A stretch of 63,953 nucleotides of DNA, filler included, from Olpidium bornovanus S191 (Eukaryota > Fungi > Olpidiomycota), in assembly GCA_017911155.1 (NCBI GenBank). It is 28 parts of 28 records of this genome, joined end to end, with 100 filler letters (N's around TTAATTAATTAA, not from the genome) between each part and the next. Parts side by side here need not be neighbours in the genome. Positions count along the whole stretch, not along the records: positions 8,642 to 12,097 come from JAEFCI010012676.1; positions 12,198 to 15,736 come from JAEFCI010000023.1; positions 15,837 to 17,949 come from JAEFCI010007436.1; positions 18,050 to 19,606 come from JAEFCI010008301.1; positions 19,707 to 21,701 come from JAEFCI010012410.1; 23 more parts are not named here. One strand, written 5' to 3'. Shown in pieces: positions 12,089 through 21,801 of the stretch. The notes beneath the pieces are model-generated. The model saw nothing but the letters and a program-made list of their open reading frames with translations. It did no database searches and was not told the origin of the DNA. A program made the position numbers and the translations under genes. How positions within the stretch are numbered: the first letter of the stretch is position 1; each line of letters opens with the position of its first letter.

Positions 12089-13108
12089 CCCGGCGGGNNN
12101 NNNNNNNNNNNNNNNNNNNNNNNNNNNNNNNNNNNNNNNNNTTAATTAATTAANNNNNNNNNNNNNNNNNNNNNNNNNNNNNNNNNNNNNNNNNNNNCAT
12201 GCGGAGCCGGCAACGTATTTATGCCGTTTCTGTACGTCTCTGCGGCACCGCCCGGCACGGTCGGACACCGCACGCCTGCGCGGGGTCCGCCGTCCGGAAT
12301 ATCAGCGCGGCTGGATGAATCGACGCCGATGTTCCAAAACGGCCCTGCAGATAGCCAAAATTTGGACTGTCTGCGGACAAGTAATTGGAACAGGCAGTTG
12401 TCAGAAACAAACTAGAGCAGCTATGATCCTGCATGATGAGAATATAAAAGGTTCCAAGCTTTTGCGTTGGGTTGAAGGCCAAACGAGAAACATCAAAATG
12501 TGCAAACGCAGCCTTGGGGCAGGGCCTTAGAATTTTTGTCGACGGCGACATGCATGGCTAGGCATCAAAATTTCTGGTAAAGTTGAGTAGTGAGTGGTGC
12601 GAGTAGCACCCAGATGAGCTGACAGAGGCAGTTGATAACAGCGCAACGTCATTCTTGAACCGGTAAGGCAGGAGCGACAGGGTCGCGTAGCGGTTAGCTC
12701 AACGAGTGGGGCGCGTGAGCATTTCATCGTAGACTAATTGCTTTAGATCACAAAAGGGCACGGGCTTAACTAGGACGGTCTGGGCCAGAAGATGCGGTGG
12801 GGGGGGGGGGGGGGGGGGGGGGGGAGGGGGGGGGCGGAAGAGAGGGGAAAAAAGTGTCCACTTCGTGGCCGCCGAGCGGCGTAATCGTCGTCCTCTTTTC
12901 TCTTCTGTCGCCACTCACACCGCCGGACTTCTCCAAGACGCAACGGACAACAGGAAGGCGCACTCTCAATTTTTTTGTTTTTTCCCCCTCTCCCGCGGTA
13001 TTCGTGGTCTTCACAACGACGGACACGAACTGACGGGCTCTACGAATACGAAGGACGGCGGGTGCGCGTAAAAATCGAAATCTGCCCCGAAATACCTGTT
13101 ATACATAT

Positions 13109-13420
13109 TTGTTGCTCTCGCCGCGCGTCGAAAGTAAGGTATGCCTTCAGGCAGCAAGAGAGCTTGGCGGCCGACCAGACCGGCATCTTATGGTCCCTGG
13201 ACTTGAAAGAAGCAAAATCGACTCTGCGCTAATACAAAACATTCGTCGTTTTCCGGCAGACAATACGCCCTTGGCCTTATCCAAGTCTATCGCCGCTGTG
13301 CTCAAGCCGTCCTCGTTCTATAAACAGCAGATCTTGCGCTCTTCCAGCATGCTTCTTGTCGAAATAAGCAGAGGCCGTTTAGAGCCGAAAAATGCGGCTT
13401 TTGACGTACGCAGACGTTAA
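13109..13420 (+). CDS. Probable terminal exon of an unidentified gene
   Basis: Open frame after a CAG acceptor (ARELGGRPDRHLMVPG...YKQQILRSSSMLLVEISRGRL...stop). No family recognised. Confidence 0.3.
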   Translation: MLLSPRVESKVCLQAARELGGRPDRHLMVPGLERSKIDSALIQNIRRFPADNTPLALSKSIAAVLKPSSFYKQQILRSSSMLLVEISRGRLEPKNAAFDVRRR

Positions 13421-13588
13421 AGCGGCACCCGTATTCCGGCGCCGTGCCTTTTCGTTCTCGGCAGTAAACGTTCACGGTTCTCAGGCACTCCTCCAGAGCA
13501 CGACGTTGATTAACAGAAACCAAATAATAGTGATTAATGAAGTCTATGCAATAAATGGATGAGCAGAAGATACGCTATGTGAAGCAGG

Positions 13589-14919
13589 TCAGGTCATGAA
13601 CGTGTATTCATGGATCAGAGACCCCACAACTTCTCTCTCCTGGCCGCCAACATTAAGGCGGGCCGTGGCGCGGTCGGACCAGGTGTAGTAGTAGGGTTTC
13701 GCGACGAAAATCTGTATGGCCTTGCGGACGAGGTAGGGCATCTCAGCGAGGACGTCGACCTTGTCGACAAGGACCTCGGCAGAAGATCGGACGGAGGCGG
13801 AGAAGGCGCGGCTGCCATCATAGGTGGTCCCGGACCACAAGTATTCGATGTCAGTGGGAGGGCGGCAACCCGTTGCAGGGTCGAGTTTCGCCGCACGCAC
13901 GACGGCTTCGCAGTCGACGGTGACGGCCTCGATGCGGCCGTCCACGGCCAGGCAACCGTGCGCGACGACCTGGCCGCCGGCAGAGGACGACTTCTCCTTC
14001 GGCGTCTCAAACTGCAGAAGGTACAGCGACGCCGCCGGACCGCCGTAGAAGGACGCGAGGTTCCAGCGCGAAGCCGCCTTGTGCGGCATCATCCCTATCA
14101 CGGCGTGCAAGAACACCGCGCTGCCCTTGGTGACGGAGACGGTCTTTCCGGAGGTCTTTATGTGTCCGCCCACTATCGTCACGCCGGGCAACACCCGGTG
14201 GCTGATGAACTGCTTCGGCCTGAGGTAGTTCTTCCCGTCCCCGATGGTGAAGCCCGGACCGTCCACGCGAAGCTCGATTTCAAAAGAGAGATCAGAGCTG
14301 TTTTTGATGTTGCAGCCGGAAAGATCGAAACAGATCTTGAGCGACTTCCCGTCCGCCGACGCTTCCAGCGAACTGCCCTGCACGGCAACGGACCGCTTGT
14401 CCTCGGACAAGCGGAACGAGGCATTCGGAACGACCGCTGTTACAAACGCGTTGCACTCGCCCTGTTTAAAATATCGAGCCGTGGTATGGACAGAATGGTT
14501 CCATCTCATCGAGAAACGGCAGCAACCGTTTATTCGTTAACAAACGGTGTGCTGCGTATGGGGTCGGAACAGAAGACGGAGGGCAAACCACCCAAAGTTC
14601 CGCGAGTAACAGCCGAACCGCCCCGGTCAAAACGACGTTCACTTGACACTCACCCAAGGTTGGTGTACGCCACTTGCCAGAAGAGCATCTCTCCTCCGTC
14701 GTTCTCGTTGAAATGGGCGTACAAGGTCTGAGTTTCAGTTGCGCTTCCGTCGAGCAGACTCCATCGGAAGTCTTCGGCGGGGTCGAGCATCGTGCCGATC
14801 TTGTGCGGCTCTCTGCCCGCCTTGACGGCAAGGTCGCTGGCGCGGACGAGGCCCGCGACTTCCGAGTCAGCGGCCTGCAACTGGCCCTGCTCCCGGGCGG
14901 AATTGGAGCTCGATCGCAC
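13589..14919 (-). CDS. SVF1: Survival factor 1 (Svf1)-like protein, at least 2 exons
   Basis: FRWSLLDGSATETQTLY...WQVAYTNLG; FLHAVIGMMPHKAASRWN; KVDVLAEMPYLVRKAIQIFVAKPYYYTW. These match Svf1 motifs (ETQTFY, QVIYSN, GMKPHHAA.RWNF, RVDVMAEVP..KPYIYQ). The start codon was not pinned down. Confidence 0.85.
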
Positions 14920-15836
14920 TGTGCCAAGGTCCGAAGATTAGCGCGTCAGCGCGAGGCGCTTCGCCAACCGAGCCATGAACGCAAGCTCGAGGGCGAAAAA
15001 GCCAATCCTATCCGCGGCAACCGCCTCCTGAAGGACGACCGCGTTCGGCACAACAGTCCCCGCAGTCCCCGTTCCCCTCCTCGCGCACTTCTGCCGTGCA
15101 ACGCGACTTACTCGCCATCGGTTTCGGGCCGTCCGCGGGGCGCGGCGTCGGGCGTTACCTCGCAGGAAGGGTCCCGCGTCGGCGTCAGGGAGGAAGCGGT
15201 GGGCCGCGACTTCGCGGCACGTGGGGCGAGAGGGACGGGGGGGAGTGGAGGAGAAGCGGACGGTTTCCGACTTTTGACTTTTGACTTTCTTTTTTTTTTT
15301 GTGTTTTTCGCTTGCCTGCGAAACGAGTCGGGCTTTGCGATCCGGCTCGGATTCCGGCCAACCTTCTTCCAGGACTGGGTAAGTTTGACATGCTCGGCTG
15401 AGATTTAACGCAGACGGGAAGAAACCAAAAAGCCGCGAAGACCGGACCGCGCCGACCGGGACCCCTCCGCCTCGGAAAAACGGCCGAAAAGCACGTCATG
15501 TCGTCCCCCTCCGAAGACATGCCGAGGCGTCCAGCCCAGAAGACCCTGATGCTTACACCCGAACAAGACTCCAAGGCCGTATCTGATGTCATTCGCAATT
15601 TGCGATCCCAGCCGGCATGAAGTTCACTGAGGTCAAGCGTCGCGCTCCTCTCCTCAGCTTTCACGCGTTTCAGAACAAAGTCAACAATGCCGTCGTCGAG
15701 GATCTTATTCGAGAATCTTGTTCCTGAGCAAGGTTCNNNNNNNNNNNNNNNNNNNNNNNNNNNNNNNNNNNNNNNNNNNNTTAATTAATTAANNNNNNNN
15801 NNNNNNNNNNNNNNNNNNNNNNNNNNNNNNNNNNNN

Positions 15837-16167
15837 AACATGAACCGCAGGCTGAAGCAGTCGCCCGCGGAGCTGCCGCCGCTGCAGCCCAGCCTGTTGC
15901 CCGCGCCGCCCCATAAACCCGGGAGCTTCCCGCCTTTTTGTTGTTGTTGTTGTTGTTTGTCGGGCCGAAACGGGGGTGCGGTGGCCGGAGGGCGGCGAAG
16001 GGAGCATTTGACATATGAAACAAAAAAAATGTGATCAGCAATCCGTCCGTTCCCTTGGGAGGTCGGGTGAGAGAGAGGGGGGGGGGGGGGGCCTCCCGTC
16101 CGGCGCTCCCGAAAAAGAAAAAAAAAACTACAGAATTTCCTCCGTGTCCAGAATCGGAAAAAAACGT

Positions 16168-16203
<36 letters not shown>

Positions 16204-16213
16204 ACTTTCTCTA

Positions 16214-16252
<39 letters not shown>

Positions 16253-16267
16253 TTCTTTTTCTGTCTC

Positions 16268-16301
<34 letters not shown>

Positions 16302-16719
16302 CTTCTCTCTCTCTGTTTTTTCTTCTTCTTTTTTTTCTTTCTCTCACCTTTGACGAAGTTAAAATTTGCCGGGAAGAACACCTCGAACTGGAACGTGACA
16401 TACCTCGCCTTCGCCAGGGTTTCCGGGGAAATCGGGGCGGCGAAGAAGCCGGTGCCGCCTTTCTTCCCCTTCGGGCTCCACTTGCTCGTGGGCGTGCTCG
16501 TTCCCTTCGGGTACGCGACCTGCAGCACCACCTTCCTGGGGTCCTTGGGGTCGTGCACCCAAGCGCGGTTGGCGTTGGGTTTCGCGCCGCCCCAGACGTC
16601 GCGCACGAGGCCGAACGGCTTCAGGGACTTCGGCTGGAGATTGGAGTATCGCCAGGAGTACGTCTGGTCGGTTGGTCGGTCGGTTGGTTGTTCTTGCTGT
16701 TATTATATTTCGTTGCCGG

Positions 16720-16768
<49 letters not shown>

Positions 16769-17482
16769 CTCGGGTGTTTGCGTGTGCAACAAAAAACCCC
16801 GACTCTGTTTTTCTTTTCTTAGATTTTTTTTTTGGCCCCTCCGACCCCCCCACACGGCTAACCGGTAATTTTCTTTTTCTTTTCCTTTATTCTCTGTTTT
16901 TTTTTTTTTGTTTTTTTTTTTTTTTTGGCTCCCTGCACACGCACTCGCCTTTCCCTTTCTCGTGACTTTAGGGCCCGCAACCGCCGCGATCGCGGGACCG
17001 CCGCTCTCGTCCGCCTCGGGCTCCACAGGGTCCGCGGCGGCGTCCGGGTCGACGTCGCCGACGCCGTCCGCGGCGGCGGCGCCGCCCTCGCCGTCCTCCG
17101 TCTCGTACTCCGTCAGGTCGACCTCCCGGAAGTCCGCCGGGAAGTCCGCCGGCTGCGGCGGCTGCTGCCGGCCGCCGTCGTCGGCCAGGTCGTCCGTAGG
17201 GTCCTCGTCGGAGTCCGCGTCGGGCGAATCGTCGCCGTCGAGGTCGTCGGCGGCGAAATCAAACAGGCCCGCCGCCGCGTCGTCGTCGTCGTCGGCGGCT
17301 GAAGCGGCGGCGGCGGCGGCGGCGGCCCCGTCCCCCCTGCCGGTGACGACGTGCCGGTGATAAACGTCCGTCAAGTTCACGGGCGATGCGAGCGCCGTCG
17401 ACGGCGGGCCGCACCCTGACGCGGCGAGCACGAGAGCGACAAAGGCCGCCGCGGAGACGACGGCGGGCAATTTGTTTCCCAT
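15837..17482 (-). CDS. Secreted polysaccharide lyase family 14 (PL14) protein, 3'-partial
   Basis: ATG 17482, signal peptide MGNKLPAVVSAAAFVALVLAASG, then a D/E-rich linker. Exons 17482-16949, 16663-16348, 15933-15837 splice to VLQVAYPKG..GGTGFFAAP..VTFQFEVFFPANFNFVK|GGKLPGLWGG..GCSGG..DCFSLRFM, the PL14 signature. Confidence 0.88.
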
Positions 17483-17866
17483 TTTGTTTTTTTTTTTTAT
17501 CTGTTTTTTGTTGTTTTTTTTTTTTCTGTGCCGGTTCGGCGCGGGGAGTGCGGGATTTTGCGTGCGCGGAACGGAACACGGGAGTTCGGGCGCGGTGCGC
17601 GAGGTGAAAGGCGATTTTTGCGGGGATGCGGCTAAACCGCGGCGATTTTCAGGCCGGGCCGGTGGGGGGTTCGCCCCTCCTCCGCCCCGCCGGAGCTTTC
17701 TGCGCTTTGGCGCGCGGGGGAACAGTTCGAAATTTCCCTTGGGTCGGATTTTCTCGGGAAGTTTTTTTTTTCTGGTTTATTTCCGGGTCGCCATGGCAAC
17801 TTCCCCTTCCTCCGCCGTCTCTCCCCGTGCCTATTTCTCTTTCTCGATCATTTTCTCGACTCTTTC

Positions 17867-17949
<83 letters not shown>

Positions 17950-18049
17950 NNNNNNNNNNNNNNNNNNNNNNNNNNNNNNNNNNNNNNNNNNNNTTAATTA
18001 ATTAANNNNNNNNNNNNNNNNNNNNNNNNNNNNNNNNNNNNNNNNNNNN

Positions 18050-18185
18050 CCTGGAGGAAATGATCGAAGAGGGGATCTCGCTGATCGAATGGGGCGACCG
18101 CGTCGCCGCCGACTTTCCGCAAGCCCTGACCATCCGCTTCGAGCTGACTGGCGGGGCCGACGACGCCCGCCGCCTGATAGCCAAC
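18050..18185 (+). other. tsaE: Bacterial-type tsaE (yjeE) 3' fragment at a contig start
   Basis: LEEMIEEGISLIEWGDRVAADFPQALTIRFELTGGADDARRL matches the TsaE C-terminal L-I-E-W-(G/A/P) motif. It has no normal stop and runs into GCC-rich low-complexity DNA. Confidence 0.7.
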
Positions 18186-18470
18186 CGGCTGCCACTGCCG
18201 CTTGCCGACGCCGCCGCCGCTTGCCGACGCCGCCGCTCGCCGCGCCCGCCGCCCGCCGCCCACCGCCGTCCTCCGCCTGCCGCCCGCCGGCGCCTATCCG
18301 CCTGCAGCCGTTTGGAGCAGTTTGGTGACGCGAGCGTGTCGAGCACGAAAAGCGGCACGCGGTCGTGAGAGAGCCGCGGGGACCGAGAGGCAAGAGGGGG
18401 AGAGAGCGCGAGTGGGTTGGAAAGGAGAGAGACAAATCGAGAGAGAGTAGGCGGCGGAGAAATCGGCCAC

Positions 18471-19606
18471 ATGGAAGGTACAGGGTACAAGCCACCGCTG
18501 GCCGCCTCCCCCCCTGATGCGTCGTCCTTCTGCGCTGGCAACGGAGAAAGGCGGCGTGCTTCCGCGGGATCCCCGGATGTCGCCAATCTGCAGCTTTTCC
18601 GTCGCGTCCGTATCACCAACCCGCGGCCTTACGGGTTCCGTCCACGTTAACCCCATCGGAACCGTTGCTTTGGTCGCTCACACTCTCATTTTCCCGCGCC
18701 GTGTCCCTCCGACTCACCGCCCGTCCTCCGTCCCCCCGCACCCCAGAGTTGCTGCCTCTCGTGAACAAGCTTCAGGATGTTCTCCACACGATCGGAAGTG
18801 ACCACATTTCGCTTCCCCAGATTGTCGTCATAGGCGCACAGTCCTCGGGGAAGTCGTCCGTGCTCGAGAACATCGTCTGTCGCGACTTCCTGCCCCGAGG
18901 GAGCGGGGTCGTTACGCGGAGGCCGCTTGTGCTACAGCTCTTGCATATCCCCCACGGAGTCGGCGATCCAGCACAAGGGCCGGACTCCGCCGCAGGAGAC
19001 GCGCCCCGCCCCTCGCACTTTGCGCAGCAGCAGCCTGAAGAGTACGGCGAGTTCCTGCACGTGCCGAACAAGACTTTTACGGATTTCGCCGAGATTAGGA
19101 ACGAGATCGAACGCGACACAGCGCGCGTCGCGGGGCAGAACAAGGGAATTTCACGGCAACCGATACACTTAAAAATTTCCTCCCCATGGGTCCTCAACCT
19201 GACTCTGGTTGATTTGCCGGGCATCACCAAGGTGGGCGGGCCAGTTCAGAGAGAGAAAGAAAGCGCATGGCGTGGCCGGATCTGGAAGCCGGATGGAATG
19301 CCCAGTCTGTTTCCCAACGCGGCCCCCCTCGCCTACCCCTGGGCCGGCATCAATGCGAGAGAATATCGCAGTTGTTCCGTTCGACTGCACATTCCCTCCG
19401 TTTCTTGTGTCAAAGCGTCGTTAGCGTGCGTCGTATCCTTGCCTTCTTGACATCTTCTAAACTGATCCCGCTGTCGAGTTCTTTGCATGGATGCCATTGA
19501 ATGTGCGGCGATGAGGCGAACCGCGTTTGCGTGTGCCGTTTACCGTTTGCCGTTTGCCGTTTTCCGTTACCATTCCGCTGCCTGCAGGTCCCCGTTGGGG
19601 ACCAGC
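18471..19606 (+). CDS. DNM1: Dynamin-related GTPase, Dnm1/DRP1-like, 5' part
   Basis: Exons 18471-18477, 18747-19231, 19588-19606 give [65 protein letters not shown]. Vps1 is not fully excluded. Confidence 0.85.
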
Positions 19607-19915
19607 NNNNNNNNNNNNNNNNNNNNNNNNNNNNNNNNNNNNNNNNNNNNTTAATTAATTAANNNNNNNNNNNNNNNNNNNNNNNNNNNNNNNNNNNNNN
19701 NNNNNNCATGCTCTTCTCCTTGGCATCCGCGACCTCCTTTCCGCTTCCCCCTCTGCCCTCGTCATTTTGGTGGCAGCAGAAAAAAAGAGAGAGAGAGAGA
19801 GAAAGAACGCGTCAAAACCTTCAGGGGTTCTGACCAAACGCCACCATGCATGGACTCCCCAGACATGGCCTTTTCTCCTCCTTTGAAAGCCTTTCCACCC
19901 TGCTTTCTCCTAACA

Positions 19916-20133
19916 GCCTCACCGACCGGCTGAAGGTCATTGTCCGGGCGCGAAACAACGTCCTGGCAGCCCAAGACCCGCAAGTCAGGGCGTATGACCA
20001 CCCCCGCAGGGAGCAGGCCTTCCGGTGGGATGGCCTCGTAATGGTCGATCGTGACAGGATCGACCTGCAAACCTCGGGCCTCCTCGCCAAATATCGGGCA
20101 CGCTACTTAGGGCCTGTACCGGGTGGAGTGTAA
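19916..20133 (+). mobile_element. Degenerate Ty3/gypsy integrase C-terminal relic with a possible PPT/LTR junction at 20121-20134
   Basis: FRWDGLVMVDRDRI...GLLAKYRARYLGP resembles the gypsy F-x-V-G-D-L-V...K-L-x-x-R-Y-x-G-P motif. It is immediately followed by GGGTGGAG|TGTAAC. Confidence 0.55.
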
Positions 20134-21424
20134 CGCGTGAAGTACGTAATCTGCGCTCTGCACTATCTGGAGATTAGCTACACACCGGCGAGCGCCGCTT
20201 CCTCAGAGATAGCGCCAGGGTTGCCCCTGATACTCACACTGGAAGAATAGATAATTAATTATCTAGTAGTTAACGAGTCAAATTTTTTGCGTTGGTAGAA
20301 AGTATTGGATGACACTGGAAGTACAGGCTGCAAAGATATGATACTAAGTATTAATGCTAAGTATAGATGCTTTTACCTTAGTAATTAGTAATAAATAAAA
20401 TATTATGTGGTATATAAAATGTAATACCACCAGGTTAGCCTGGCGAAGGCTGGTTGGGAGGAGGCACTCATGGAGAAACGTGCAAGAGCACGCGGATCAG
20501 GGCAGACCTGACACCCACGAACCAAAGGAGGGCAGACAGGCCGGTGACGCCAAAGAGGCAGCGAAACTTCCAGGCATTAGTCAACGATTCAACGCACGAG
20601 CGGCGGTGTGTGGCAATTGCCTGCGGCGAGGCCGACGTTTCCTTACGAGAGTGGTTACCACAGCGGCTAATGAGCACCGTCGAGTCAAGATGACGGCGCT
20701 CAAAAAAGGCGTTAGCTGTCTGGAACGTCTCGTCATCGACACGTTGTGGCTGGGGGCGGGCGGGCGCGCGGAGGCCATTTCGAGCTGTCGGCGAAGAGGA
20801 GATGACACGAGGAAAGACACAGAGACTGCCAGCCACGAGCAGGGGCCGGCGCGCGGTGGGCGGTGTGCATTTGGGAGACGACCGGACTGAGGTTGGAGTC
20901 GGACACCAGTCTACACGGTGCGGGTCTGCCAGGTGGCGTTAGTGCGTGGCGGAAGAGTCCGGAAGGGAGAGGTGGTTTCCGTCAAATTTCCGAAGGCAAC
21001 CGGCAAGAAGCAGACCCCACGGTCAGGTGCCGTTAATGGCGTCCGACGCAAATTGGATGATGCGGCCAGATTGCGCGATGGGGCAAGAATTGGCACCAGG
21101 GACGACATCGGGCGTGGTCCGGCGGAAGGACGAGTCGCAACGGCCAGAATTAAACGCGTGGAAAAACTGCCGCAGAAGGGTGTCAGGTGACGTCAAGCGC
21201 CAATTAGACGTCCAAAATTGGGCGCGAAGGGAGGCGGGAACCGGCGCCGGAGATGACGTCCAAGGCAGTTCGGACAGAAGGTCGAACTGCAAAAATCAAC
21301 ACTGGTACTCGCGTGGAATAGGCGGCAGGAGGACGGCGGTCACCTGACAGAAAGGAGGATTCAATGGCCAGTTGGGCCAGGGCGGGCTTTCCTCGTTTAA
21401 CCTCGCCTTCGTGGAACCGCTGTT

Positions 21425-21701
21425 GGAGAAAAATCGGTGCTCCCCCCCTCAGTCACGTGCGCGCCTCGCGCATCGAAAACATCGTTGAACGAATGTAGGG
21501 TAGTTTCTCCTGCGGGATAATAAACACAATAACAGACCGGCGAAAGTTTTCTCTCCGGACGCCTTGCGACCTCGGCAGACCATGACGGCCTGTCAGCACG
21601 CTCCTTGGGACGGGACGAGAGAGCGGGCGTCTCGGGCTTTCCTCAGGGACAAACCCCCCAGTGCACGTTATCGGCGTTGTCGAAGGGGCCGTCGAAGGTA
21701 A
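21425..21701 (+). repeat. Dispersed repeat, copy 1 (homologous to 57467-57770)
   Basis: Shared blocks AGTCACGTG.GCG...GCGCATCGAAAA...CGTTGA and CCGGACGCCTTGCGAC..CGGCAG.CCATGAC.G.CTGTC.GC.CG.TCCTTGG..CGGGACGA (11 mismatches in 66 bp). Confidence 0.85.
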
Positions 21702-21801
21702 NNNNNNNNNNNNNNNNNNNNNNNNNNNNNNNNNNNNNNNNNNNNTTAATTAATTAANNNNNNNNNNNNNNNNNNNNNNNNNNNNNNNNNNNNNNNNNNN
21801 N

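Noticed and set aside
9661-17482. ODC, PL14 and CATG ends read together as an endogenous giant-virus region
   Set aside because: The genes are on different unlinked contigs, PL14 has normal introns and fungal homologs, and no viral hallmark genes (capsid, PolB, packaging ATPase) were seen.
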